From: Amphiscolops sp. MND2022
Lineage: Eukaryota
Direction: 5' to 3'
NCBI GenBank assembly: GCA_964187785.1
Contig: OZ076409.1
Location: 21,640,001 to 21,704,000 of the forward strand
Length of the DNA stretch: 64,000 nt
Shown: piece by piece, positions 26,959 through 39,900 of the stretch
How the letters are laid out: each line of letters begins with the position of its first letter
Numbering within the stretch: the stretch's first letter is position 1
Notes under the pieces: generated by a model
Seen by the model: only the letters and a program-made list of their open reading frames with translations
Database searches by the model: none
Told to the model about the DNA's origin: nothing
Position numbers and translations under genes: made by a program

Positions 26959-27911
26959 CTTGTCAGTCAGGCTATTTCCGATGAATGACAGATGTCTATT
27001 TTCTCTCGTTTCTTTTACTGATTTATTGAATGTTTATTTTTCTGTCCGAAGATACAGAACGCTTGCCAATGTCATTAATATTTTTCACTAAATTCCGTAT
27101 TCAAAGAAAATTATTGATTTCTCATCTGCGTTTCTCCTAATTTTCTTGATTTCTCTGAATGTTTTACTCGGTTATAAAAATAAAAAAATTCAGTGCCAAA
27201 ATAGTTGTCGCTAAACCGATTCAGAGCACAAAAGTTCCTGGTGCTCAACGTGCGTCTTGTTCTGATTAAATCATGGTAAAACGCGCGTCCAGGTTTTTCA
27301 AAATGAAAGGTTAACTTCCCCATTACCGCGGGTTGGACGTCAAATAAGCATACTCCGAGCCCTTTTTTGGATACCATCTCCCCAGAGCAAGCTATGGTAC
27401 CATATTTGAAGCCAAATGGTCCAGCAAGGGTTGGTTTGAAGCTGTCGTTTCAAAGTGAGTTGCTCACCGTTGCTCTTGTATTTTGCTTTTCTCCACTGAA
27501 TGCGTTGTTTTTTATTATGACCATACCACTAAGCTAGGAATGAAGGATTTGCTAAAGGCTCAGCAATAGTGAGTTGAGAGAACATGATACCGCCCAGTAC
27601 AGACCGAAATGTCTAACCACTACAGCACGTTCCCCCAAGTTTTTTAAAGCAGTTTCAGGAAACGAACTTGGCAAAAAACATTTTTTTAAAAAAAATTGAG
27701 AACTATAATTAATTAGAGCACCGGGATCTTTTACGCCCTGAACTATTTTAGCGACAACATATTTTGTCTTCCACCAGAAAAGCCATTTTCTACAGTTTGA
27801 TTTGTAAATTATCTAGTTAATTTCGCACAATGCAATTGAATTGAACATATCAACTCTTCTTCTGACTCAGCCGCGAAAGTCAAGCCATCTAACTTAGCCT
27901 AATTAAAACGG

Positions 27912-28803
27912 AACAGGCGGGGAACGGCCAAGTCGGCGCCCCGCGCAAGGTTTAGAAACGTAGTTTTTATATATGTAAAAGGACACTGTTAAAATTTCAA
28001 TTTAACTTCCAAAAAATACCCGAAGGCAGACGCATAGGACTCGAAAACCACTTTTTTCCTTAGTGGAAAGCCATTTTTTGAATCGAAAATTATTTTCTTC
28101 GGAAAAAAAAGGCGCATGGTGCCAAAAATGGAACTTTGGGCTCGCAAAATGTTTTTTTTTTCAATCCAAAAACTTTTATGAAAGTTAAAGAGGAACACTT
28201 TGACCACACAAAATGAATTGAAAAGTCGCTCAGTGCCGAAAAATACCTTAGATCTTTTCCACAATTATTGAGACAACTATCATCAGTTCCACAGGACCCA
28301 CAAAAAATCAACGAGGTCAACCTTAGGACTCGGAAAATGGTTTTCCTCACAGAAAACCAAAAAAAATTGAAGGAAAAAATGAAAACTTTTCCCCAGAGAA
28401 GTTTTTAAATGAATCTTCGATGAATCGCATTGTGCCGAGAGAACTTAAGGTGGCGCTTTATTCTCGCAAAACGCTCTTCTCCTACCTACTGACAATCAAA
28501 AGGGGCACTTCGGTTGAAAAAACTGCAGAAAAAATGCAGTGCTGAAAAAACAATGTGGGACATGTTGGTCTCCCCTCTACATTTGCAAACATTTTTTGTT
28601 TAGTCTGAGACTGGGACTCTCGGCTTCGCAGACTCCGTCATCAGGTCTGGAAATCTGAATTGACCCCTAGGCCAAGTGGCAGTTTGATGGTACTAAGTTA
28701 GCCTATATAAATGCTGAAGGAATGTTTCAGTTCGTCGGTCTCAGAAAAACAACTTCAGATATAGCGCAATTTCTTTCTGGAATCTGAGACACGTTGCACT
28801 ATT
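27912..28803 (-). mobile_element. Helentron-like element, family 1 (diverged)
   Basis: Terminus AACAGGCGGGGAACGGCCAAGTCGGCGCC, TGCCGAAAA repeats, and a degenerate hairpin near 28760-28803. Confidence 0.55.
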
Positions 28804-29600
28804 TGCTCTCTACATAATTGGCCCTTTTGAGGCCTGGCATAAGTGGCAATTAATTGGCCCCATTAACTTGCCAAGACACAAAAATGCGGAAAGTAAGATT
28901 TCAACTTCGAAGGAAGCTAAGGCAGTCGACATCGAAGGGGAATGAATTCAGTGCACGCATCGCGGTTTCCGAGATTTCGTGTCCTGATTTCCGCAAAACG
29001 CTCAGAAAAAGCTTCCCTATGCACTGTAATGATAGCGCAACCTCTGCGTCCTCCTTATTAAAATACAATTTACAATAAACTTCGGATATAACGTCAAAAA
29101 TTTGGATGTAGTGTGGAGGGGCACATGGGAGTCTTTTTGTTGTCGAACATTGGTCTTTTCCACAGTAAAAGGCAATTCACTACAAATATCACGTCGAAAG
29201 TTCAGAAATAGCCCAATATTTTCGAACCCCATCCTCCTCTTGTGAAATGGAAAAGCAGGAAAAATTTGCTGGTTGCAGCAGTGACTCGAATCAGCGACCC
29301 ACTAAACAGATTAACTTCTACACTAAAAAGAGTGAGCTCTGTTGTCTGACAAAAAACTAGCCACTGTAAGAATCGGGAACTTATTGTCAAAAGCGCGGAC
29401 TAAAAACAAATCCTTCTTGAAATGGTGCTAACACCTGCGAAGATGAGCAGAAAATAGTTCATTTTGCCAATTTCCCGACTGGACTTCGAATACGCAGTTC
29501 TGCTTTGCTGGGTCGACGACCTTTCGAATACTATATCCCCATAGTATGCTACCATAATTGCAGCCAAGTGGCCACGCAATGGTTTCAAAATTAAAAATTG

Positions 29601-29900
29601 AACAAGACGCCCGCTAAGCACCGGGATATTTTCCGCGACACGCTTATTGCAAAAAAAAAGTATGGCGAAGGAGAGGTTCGAACCCACGACCTGTCTGGGA
29701 GACAAAAAAATTTCAAGCACCAGCCCGGGTTCGAACCCTGGACCTATAACATGACTGAGCCACCATAATTGAAGTAACTCAGTTGTAACTACCGCTAGTA
29801 AATCACTCCATGGAGTGGAGGTAAAGTGGAGTTTGGCAGAGTTTGTAAAAAAACGCATCACAGATCATGATTTTCCTCCCCCATTTATGTGGGCGGAAAA
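29601..29900 (-). mobile_element. Helentron-like element, family 3, with duplicated tRNA-like T-arm motifs
   Basis: On the minus strand: 5' TTTTCCGCCCACAT..ATGGGGGGAGGAAAA hairpin; 3' GCGGAAAA, CCCG..CGGG hairpin and CGTCTTGTT. Two GGTTCGAACC motifs. Homologous to 4536-4760. Confidence 0.65.
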
Positions 29901-30158
29901 TAATAATAATCTGAAAAACTTTGGTGTTTATTTTATTCAGCTGTAGTATTATTCTTGAGTAGATATATCGACAACGTAATTGGAGAGAATTGATTTGTGT
30001 GCTGATTTTTTAATCGACGCTTTGTTCAGAAATTGGACAATAGCAGTGACTTAGAAGACCAACCGAACATACTGCTTTCAAAATTTTATTGATTGTTTTA
30101 TTCATTGTTACTGCTTCCCTGTCGTATCACTTGGCAAACTTTAAAGGCAACAAAAGGA

Positions 30159-30417
30159 TCCACTATAACGAAGAAATTCCAAAATTTTTCGAGGATTTCA
30201 TATTTTTTCCAGATGCCGTGCAGTGCCGAAAAAAACAAACGTGGAGTATGAAAGTTTTACAAACGTTTCAACAATCTTGAATATAATCAGAGGGGGGGGA
30301 CATTTAGTTGCCTTTAGAGTTTGTAAAACTTTAACACTTCGTTTTTTTCGGCACTGCACGACATCTGGAAAAGTTTTGAATCCACGAAAAATTTTGGAAT
30401 TTCTTCTTTATAGTGGA
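30159..30417. repeat. Fold-back element with ~105-bp imperfect inverted arms
   Basis: TCCACTATAACGAAGAAATTCCAAAATTTTTCG...TTTTACAAAC is mirrored by GTTTGTAAAA...CGAAAAATTTTGGAATTTCTTCTTTATAGTGGA. Confidence 0.75.
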
Positions 30418-30981
30418 AAGCTATTTCGAGCCAAAGGTATACTTGTACATTTTTGCAACAGAAATTTTCGACAATTTAACTGGCATCACTGTACTTAGCT
30501 GTAACCGGAGCGCTAACCTGGTTTGTTTAATGTTTCATTGGTTGCGTTAATATACATCGTCTTGATGATTGGTCATGCCAAAACCACATTTTATCTTGAA
30601 AAATTTGGGTTGAAGAAATACTGTAAGAATATAGACACTTCAACTTTAGCGATTTTCATCTGAGTGAACCTTTAAAAATAGCATCCAAAATAGCTAAGAA
30701 CATTTGGAGTGTTTGCATTCCCGCTTGTGATCCGGATGTTTCCATTCTTATAAATTTCTACTAATTTACAAGACAAAAAATACTGTTTAAATCTGCAAAC
30801 CTCAATTCAGACAGATGAATAGAACTATCGAACATCCATAAACTTTTACAGTAACTTTTAATGTTTCACGGAGTTGAGCTAAAACTTGACGATATCAAAT
30901 ACAGAGTAATTATTTACAGAACAAAGACTAACGTACATATTTACATATCGATTAACTAGAAAAGAACAGCAAACGATATTG

Positions 30982-33900
30982 CTATCGTCTTCTTGATACA
31001 ACATTTTTCGCAGGAGCGCTGTTCATCACCATTTTGTTTTCCACACTTCCTTTTGCTTTTGACGGTTTGTGAGGTATCTTGGATGGCACTGGCTCTGGAT
31101 TAACCCTGAAATAAAAATTGGAATCTCTTCCGTTAATTCTTTCGCCAAAAACAGTAGGCGCTGGAAAACTTATCACATTCCATTTTGTACTATGTACTCA
31201 GATAGCAGGAACACACACGTGCTGAAAAGACTTTCGGATCATTGAAGCTTATTACTGGGATCATTCAGTCAACCAATTAAATGTTTGTTTCATTTTTTTT
31301 GCACTGATCTAGCATTTTCGATGGCTAGAGAATTCATGGGTAGTTCAGACATTGGCGGAGGGGGATTTGATAGAAAATGTCCATAACTTTTTGAGTGAAA
31401 CGAGTGATGAAATTATGGCTACACATTTTGCTACAGCTCGGATAGCTTTGTTCGAATGGCTCCAATTATAAAATAGGCCCCTGCAGGGCACAATATTTCT
31501 GCTTTTAGGCTTTCATGTTCAATAATAGAACATCTTAATCATTTATATTAATCACTATAATCACTATTAATCACAATTAATAACTCTACCAGTTTATACC
31601 GCCTTTGATTCTTCTCGGACTAAAGCAAATATAACTACTAAGCGTAGACGAAGTTTCCCCTTCGCATTTGAAAGCAAGTGAGGCTCTCGGCGAACGAATA
31701 ATTAACACTCGTTCGCTTTATCTCTAACTCAGCGTACGAAAGCATAATTACCACTCGCTCGTTTAATCGCACGAGAAACGAATTGTCGTCGGCAGATTGA
31801 GAAATTTAAATCTCCCGCTTATACTACTGCCGAACAAAATATCTGAATTTTTCAGTAGGTTTTCGGTATCACAAAAATTGCACTGAAAAAAGCTGAATTC
31901 TTGATATTTCAATAACACTCTGCTATCGCAGAAATAATGAAATAATAAAAAGCAATGGTTAGAAGCAGGGTTTTGACATCCGTAATTTTTCTGCTAATCG
32001 CTAAACCGCTAAATGAAAAATCTGTTTCACTGATACAAATTTTCTCCAAACAACTAAATGCTTGACTTCAACTGTCTTTAAAAATTGAACGATAACATAA
32101 TTTAGTTTTGCAAGAAAAACAGACTGGGATTTTTTATACTGTGTGGGTTTTACATGGGTAAGAGTTGGATTTTTTATAAATTCATTTTGAAACACCGAAT
32201 AAGATTTCGAAAAATTTATTTTGGACAATTAATTACCGCTAATTTGAATCGCTAATGAAATCGCTGAAAAAATTCCTGCGCTGTCGCTAATTAGCGGAGT
32301 CAAAACTGTGGTTAAAAAACACACACTCACCTAGCAATGGACTGAGTGCTGTTTCTGGAGTCTGGTCGGTTGTTGGGAAGCTGCTCTTGATGATGTTCTG
32401 AGGAGGAGGTTCGAGGTTGTCTGAGGATAGATGACAGCTGCGAAGAGTAACTTTGGAGGGGATCCACTCCGAACATGGTGGCCGAGCTGCTTCCTCCATA
32501 GTCAGAATCAGGTGTGGAGCTCAAACCAATAGCTGGCCTCGATGACTGTGCCTAAGAAAACAAGACGGGAACGTCTAAAGTCGGCGCTATATCTAAGGCT
32601 CAAAAAGCGCAAAGTTTTTAAAGCTGTAAAAGGGCTTTCGGCTTTTTGAAAATCCAGTTTGTTGCAAAATATCAAAAAAAATTGAAGGGGGACCCTTTGG
32701 AGACATTTGAAAAAAATTCGAAAAAAAGTCGCACAGTTCCGAAAAAAATTCGAAGGGGGACCCTATAGTCTCGTCCGGTTTTGTATCTTACGTTAAAAAG
32801 GGAGTAAATGAAAGAGGGGACCCTTTGCACTAACTTAGATGCGTTTCCGTTTGCCGGTCCAGTAGTTTAGTACTTCGGTAAAAAGTGTCCACTACACATA
32901 CATTCTTTTATCTGACGAAAAAAAACACTTGCCACTGTAATAGTCGGGCTCATTTTGTTGAAATGCGCCGACTAAAACAACATATCACACTTCGAAAATG
33001 TTGAGACACCTCATCGCGACGATTTTATGACTACAATTTGGTGTAAATGCGACTTGAGATAAATGCCAGTTTTCGCGTACAAAACATAGATCGTCATCAC
33101 GCACAAAACCCTGCATCCAAAACCCCTAACAATGTCACTCAGGTATTAATTTTTTTATCAGCATAGCATTGAATAGCCCTCGAAAAATGATACAAAATTG
33201 AACACTAGCTTGCGAACAAAAGGAGACAATGCGCGAGAAGAGATGAACCCGCAAGGTAAGATAAATTTATTCCCGAAACGTACGTTTTGGTATTTGAAAA
33301 ATCGTCCAAAATTCAGGCGCACTGAAACTTTTGCGACGGTCCAATTTTCGAGCCAAAAGAGTCTCCCCTCGAATATTTTTTGGCACTAACATCTTTCAAA
33401 ATTTTCTCAAAAACGCCCCTGAGTATATTCGAAAGAATTTGTAAATTTTGAGCTTTTAGTGGACGCTAACTTGTTCACCAATATTTATCCAACCTGATAG
33501 CATCCGTGGAATTAAATTTTATTGGGTCAGATATACGGCTTGTTTCATTTCGGTAGTTTTTGGTTTAGAAACAAGGACCACTGAAAGATAACTGCACAGA
33601 ATACATGGACAAAGAATAGGTAGGGGATGTAGCTGGGGTTACTATGAATATTATACAATTTTCAAAGCATCTATCAGTAATCACTCACAAATGAGAAAGT
33701 GGTTCTTACGTTTTTGTTTCCGTTAGCAGCAGAATAATCATTGCCAACTAAGATCTGTGGCTTAGTTGAAGCTAACAACTCCTGCTTTAGAGCTGCTATG
33801 TTGTTCCTCTGTAATCGAATCTGATTTGTCTGATTATGCATTTGGGTTGTCAAATGAGCCAAAGTTTCACCGAAATTGGACACAAGCTCCTGGAAAAGAC

Positions 33901-36900
33901 AGCATCAATCAAATTAAATGTCACGCCCGCTCTAAAACGGTTTTGAATCTTGTGCAAAACACTCACATGACAGCATTTGATTTCTTCGCTCAGCTTCATG
34001 TTTCCAGATACAACTTCTTCCAACTGAAACACAAACAAGACGGGAACGTCTAAAGTCAGCGCTATATCTAAGGCTCAAAAAGCGCAATGTTTTTAAAACT
34101 GTAAAAGGGGAAACCCTTTGGGCTTTTTGGCACTTTAGTTTGCTGCAAAATATCAAAAAAAACTTGAAGGTGGGGCCCTTTGAAGGCAGAAAAAAAATTC
34201 GAAAAAAAAAATTAGTCTCATCCGCTTTCGCAAATGCTCAAAAAAGTTTCTGGCTAAAGCAAGGACTCGAACCCGTGACCGCTGGGTTCACCGTAAACCG
34301 AGTAAAGACTATACTGACGAGTACACGTGAACGAGTGAAGTCTGTAAAAAGTGGTACATACACGATGAGGTCTGTGGTCTGACGAAAACAAGACGGGAAC
34401 GTCTAAAGTCGGCGCTATATCTAAGGCTTAAAAAGCGCAAGACTTTTTTTGAAAAAAAACTTGAAATTTTTGAATTTTTTTCTTTCAGAAACCGTCGCAT
34501 AGTGCCGAAAAATGTGAAAGGGGGGACCCTTTGGGCTTTATTATCATATATTCTGTTGCAAAATATGAAAAAACACGAAGGGGGGACCCTTTTGAGACAT
34601 TAAAATTTTTTCAAAAAGTCGCACAGTGCCGAAAAAAAAATCCAAAGGGGGGACCCTTCAGGCACGTCCGGTTTTGTAGGTTACGTTAAAATAGTAAAAA
34701 ATGAAAGGGGGACCCTTTTGCACTAATTTCCGCTGACCGGGCTTGGCCTTATGGTAGTAGTTTTAGTAGTTTCGATTGTAAGAAAAGTGGCCCTATCAGA
34801 GTGAGATTGTAGTGACGAAAAAAAAACTAGCCACTGTAAGTGTCGGGCACTTTTCCCTAGAAAAGCGCCGACTAAAAAATAAACTAGTCACTGTAATAGT
34901 CGGGCTCTTTTCACTAGAAAAGCGCCGACTAAAAACACTGGCTTCTAACAAGATTTCAAAATACATCAAAAGAGTGAAGTTATCTAGTGGCGGTGCCGGT
35001 GCAAGCGAAAACGTATCCTAGAGCTGAACAACCAACTTGACAAAACAAAATTACGGGAAAAAGTTCTTTATTCTCTGTTCAACGAGCAATATTAAATTAA
35101 TAATATTTAAAAGCATTTAAAAGTGAACACAGAAGCGAAGCGGTGCTTCGCAACACATGACGAAGACAACGATTATTTTAATATGCGTATATATATTATT
35201 TTAATCGCATGCGTATATATTCAACAGTTCAACTTTGTTCAATAACGTCTCTATGGCACAGTGGTCAACACTTTTGCCGCGCAATCGGGAGGCTGCAGGT
35301 TCGAATCTCTCAGGGGTTTTGGCTTTTGTCTAAAAGGCGCTCATTATGAAGTTGACTATTGTGGAAAAAAACTTTCTTAGCTGGACTGCAATGCACATTG
35401 ACTTCGTCATGTGCAAAAACACAATGACAACTTTAGTTCAAATTTCTTTGAAAAACACATTGAAGACTCAATTCGAAAGCGAAATCGAAGTTAGTGTTAG
35501 AAATCAGAAAATACTGCCATTCTAGTGATACGAATGATTCTGAGCAGAAATTTGCCAGCTAGCGGCATCGACAGGAGCTTCAGCGAGTGGTTTTTAATCG
35601 AGCAGAATAAATTAAGTCACCTGATATCGAAAACAACCCCAACTTTATGCGAATATCTTGAATTTAGGCAATCGTGGCACCTCAACAACTTAAAAATTAA
35701 CTTTAAAAACTCTATGACAGGTCAGGTGAAAAATTGGCTCGGAATTTTTTCTTGATTCACAGCAGCGTAATGTCGAGTATGTACTGTCGCGGGTTATTCC
35801 AGAACGTTTTTATATTTAGTTTACATGAGCATTTGTCAAACATTTGTCATAACATGAGTTAAGGTTGCATGTACTTCGGGAGTTCGAACCTCACATTAAT
35901 TGTGCCAGAATCGGACACGCTTGATTTAAGCTTTCAAACGGATTCAAACTGTTCGCGTGAAAACTCACCCCTCTGTAATATGGGCACATGAAACATCGTC
36001 AATATACCAACATGTGGTTTCGATGAGCATGGTTTTTATTATGTTGAAAAAGAGCTGACAAATCTAAGCAAAGAGAAAGAATAAAGAAGAACTGGATTGA
36101 GTTTCGGATATAGTTTCTGCGAGTTTTCACTAAAAGAATGAACAATTGACCGAGTTAATGGAGAGGTAAACGGACAAAAACGTTTGCAATGAGAATCGTA
36201 CTTCATTTCCTATATACTCGAATGAAACAGGCTTTCATATTTCAAGAGCGAAATGCTTAAAAACTATTGGAATCAGTGTACTGATTACACCGTGGATTAC
36301 TAAATGATCTCATAACGTTATTCCTATAATCTCTTTTTCGTAATATCAAAGGTTCCACGTAGCTTCAAATATTATTCAATTTATCCTCGTTTATTGTATG
36401 GATAGGCGTGCAAAATCTTCGATGTATAATAGCAGAATTTGTTATAAATATAACGTCTATCGTTTCGAGTAAGAATTATACTACTTCGGACAAGAATACT
36501 GCAATGAGAACTGACATTGAAATGTCATTTGAGGACGTTGAACGAAAATTCTCCGTTTTCAAATACCTCATATTTGTTTTGTTTGAACTTTTATGAAGTT
36601 TTTCAAGTTGGTAATCTGTTTTATATACACATTTTGACTGGCTATCATCAAGAGCAGGTGGTCAAAATTCGTGGGGAAAACAGCGCTGCATATTTTGATA
36701 ATCGCGACCAGGAAAAGTAAGACCACGCATCTAAGAACTGTATTCAGTAGACAGTAGTATAAAGCGACAGTAACCTTTGCGTTCACTGCATGAATCCAAT
36801 GAATTATGGATGCATTGAAAACAATCAAAATTTACAACTTTTAAATTCAATTCAGTTTCCCGATTTAACATATCTAACGCAAACATGTCGGGAAACTGGT

Positions 36901-39900
36901 TTTCCGTACAATTGGTATGATGGGAAATCTTGATATAATTTCCAATTCGTATAAATTTTCGTACATGGTTTGATGGGAAATCTTGATATAATTTATAATT
37001 CGTATAAATTTTCGTACATGGTATGATGGGAAATCTTGATATAATTTCCAATTCGTATAAATTTTCGTAAAATCATATATCGGATACAAAGACACTGGTG
37101 ATGAATAACAACAAGACTGAAACTGTCAAGTCCGCGCCCCGCTTTAGGCTCAAAAAGCACAGTTTTTAAAATATGATGAGCTTTTTAAAAGAAAAGCTCA
37201 CTAATCTAAAAATGCCGAAAATACCCAAAGGGGGACTCTGCCGTGCTCGGATAACACTTATCGGTAACCGAAAACAAAAAAAAACAAATTTGAGATTTCT
37301 TTCCAGAATTTTTCCCCGAAAAAAGTCGCACAGTGCCGAAACACCGTTCAGTATGTCGTAATGAAGCCAGCCAATGCTTACTTGAGGTAGCATGAGTGAG
37401 TTGACAGTGCTGGGGGAGTATATGAGCTGGTTTTTGAAGTTCTCCACGGCATTGTTGACAGTCTTGACATAACAGCAGACCAGGTCTCCGTCTCTAACAG
37501 CACATCTAGCTGATATATCGGCATGGGTGGCCGACTGTTGCAGCTTGCTCTTCTCAACCTGCAGTTCTTCCAGCTTGCGACTCAGACCTCGCATCTCGTG
37601 GGTCCTCTTGCTCAGCTCCAACTTAGTCTCGCACAACTCGCGAGCAGACTCGGCCAAAGACAGCTCACGAGAGCTCTCGTCTCTGTGCTTGGCTTCTAGC
37701 TGCTTGCCTAGGCTCAGAAGTTGTTCGCCTTGTTCTCGCAAAAGATCTTCAGCCTGTTTCTCTCGAAGCAGAGCCCCGTCTAGTTCAGTGCACACTTTGT
37801 TATACTTGTCTCGAGAAACCATGTTTTCACTCTGAACACACAACAAATATCATTTTTCAATCATTCATTGAAACTTATAAGAATCTGATTGAAACATCAG
37901 TGTGAATTTGATTTCCGCTGAAAAATCCCAAAATCAATGACTTTCTACTTTTCAGTTGACTTATGCTTACGATTACATGGTTACAACTGACTATTTCAAA
38001 AATTGAGACAAAGTATCGATGCTCCTTATAGTAGTATTCTGATTGATTTTTAGTAAGGGGCACTAGAATTGCCTGGTTGCGGTGCAGGTCAATCAAGGTG
38101 GGGAAGACCACAAAAAGCCGAGAAGCTCTCACCTGTTTTTTCAGCGTGTCTAACTGCTCTTGAAGCATAGTGGCTCTATCTTTCACAGCAAGAAGATGAT
38201 TGTTTTCAGACCGCAGTTTCAGCAGCTCTTGGTTAAGAAGAGCCTTTTCTTCTTCGTAGGTTGAGACCTTTTCGCTCAAATCGATCAATGCATTCTGCAC
38301 AGCAGCCAAATTGTGCTAAATAAAGAAAACACTACGAATTTTCCGAAGGAGAAAGATCACAGCTCAAACGATTGAGACATGTTAAAAAAGGAAGAGAAAA
38401 GGCACCCGGGTTTCGAATCAGTTTTCAATTTATCATTTCATAACTTTAGATACAACATCGGTTTCTTTAGGTATGTCAACAACGGCAAAACAAGCAAAGT
38501 TTGATTCCCAGTAAGGCTCGAATAATCGTGTGAATTGCGGTGCCCAGTATTTAACCTGAATCCTCTAACCTGAACAGGAACATAAACAGCTCGTTTATCT
38601 GCCGGTAGTCGAACCATAGCAGAGTGTAGCCCCTTGAGTAGGCTCTGGGCCAACGAAGGCCTCTCGTACGGAGATGCGGCACTTTCTCCGATAGAAGCGG
38701 AAGTGTTTTCGAAATGCTGAGAAAGGCGAGATATCAGCTGAATAAAGCTATTTCTAGATTGCGTAAGAATTCCTTTCAGCTGCTTCTGGTTGCCTTCAGC
38801 ATCCACCGTGTTGTTCTGGACGAATGAGAGCAAGTCTGCCAGTGAAGTGGTGACTTTGTAGGAGAAGCCAGAGTCTAGCAACCAATTCAACATTGCCAGT
38901 TGTTGATCTTGGATTTTCTCTTTCTGATTGCGCAACTGTGTGACTTCCTCTCCTGAGTTCCGCATCTTTGACTGTCCTGGTTCAACATACAAAGTGAAAG
39001 AAATCGCGAACCCTTGAAAGCCGAAAGTTAGGGATTGCAAAGGATTCCAATCAAGTAAAACGTGATTTGAAGCCCATTGGAAATTGACACTATTATAAAA
39101 GTTTGACAGCAAACGTTGCAAAATAAAATCAGACAAAATTGCTAAGTTGCTCATTCGAAAAATAAAAACGAATATCTCAGAAAATTTAAACAATTTTGGC
39201 TGCGGAACTTGTAATAACTTGGCCCCAAATTTAAGTAAAACGCTCATTTAATGATACTAGAAACAAGACGGGATGTCAATGCCCCACAATCTAATATACA
39301 TATTTCCCTATTAATCCGGGGGCATTAATGCGTGAATAATTTGACAATACGCGTGATCTGAATCAAGAAGGGGTGTATATATTCATTATACTTATAGATT
39401 GGTACACCACCAGTTGAGGTTAGATACGGGTCGATAAATCTTACCGTCACAAGTTACGCAGAGTAAGGCAACAGTGCTTTAAATTAGCTCAGCTTTCTAG
39501 AAAAATCCAGAAACTTTCACCATGCCGAAAAAAGAGGACCTTTTGGTAAAACAAAAACAAACACAACTTGAATTTGAAAGTAGAATAGTCATTGCGAACA
39601 TGAAAACAGTCTACGCTCAGGAAAGTTCCACAAAAATGAAACGCAAGTGATGCAGACAACACTTCATCTAAATTTCAAATATCTAATTGACAGAAGGTTT
39701 TAAAATGATTTTCTAATGACATTGGTGATACAATGAACACAAATGTGGGCAATGCAGCTCAATACTTCGAATACCCGTGAAAGGATCACAGCTTACCTTG
39801 TTTGATTACAAGCTGAATGGAAGTCAAAACTTTTTAAAATAAGTCATAATACACATTACTTGTTCAGATCATAATACACATTACTTGTTCAGATAAGACG

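Noticed and set aside
34940..35620. Extra CCDC171-like exons between 37382 and 34023
   Set aside because: No phase-compatible GT-AG exon was found, and the direct join (MLPQ|LEEVV) is in frame and fits the family alignment as I recall it.
38977..39247. Hydrophobic N-terminal part of ORF 38438-39247 as coding
   Set aside because: It is intron read-through. The phase-compatible acceptor puts the exon start at 38976.
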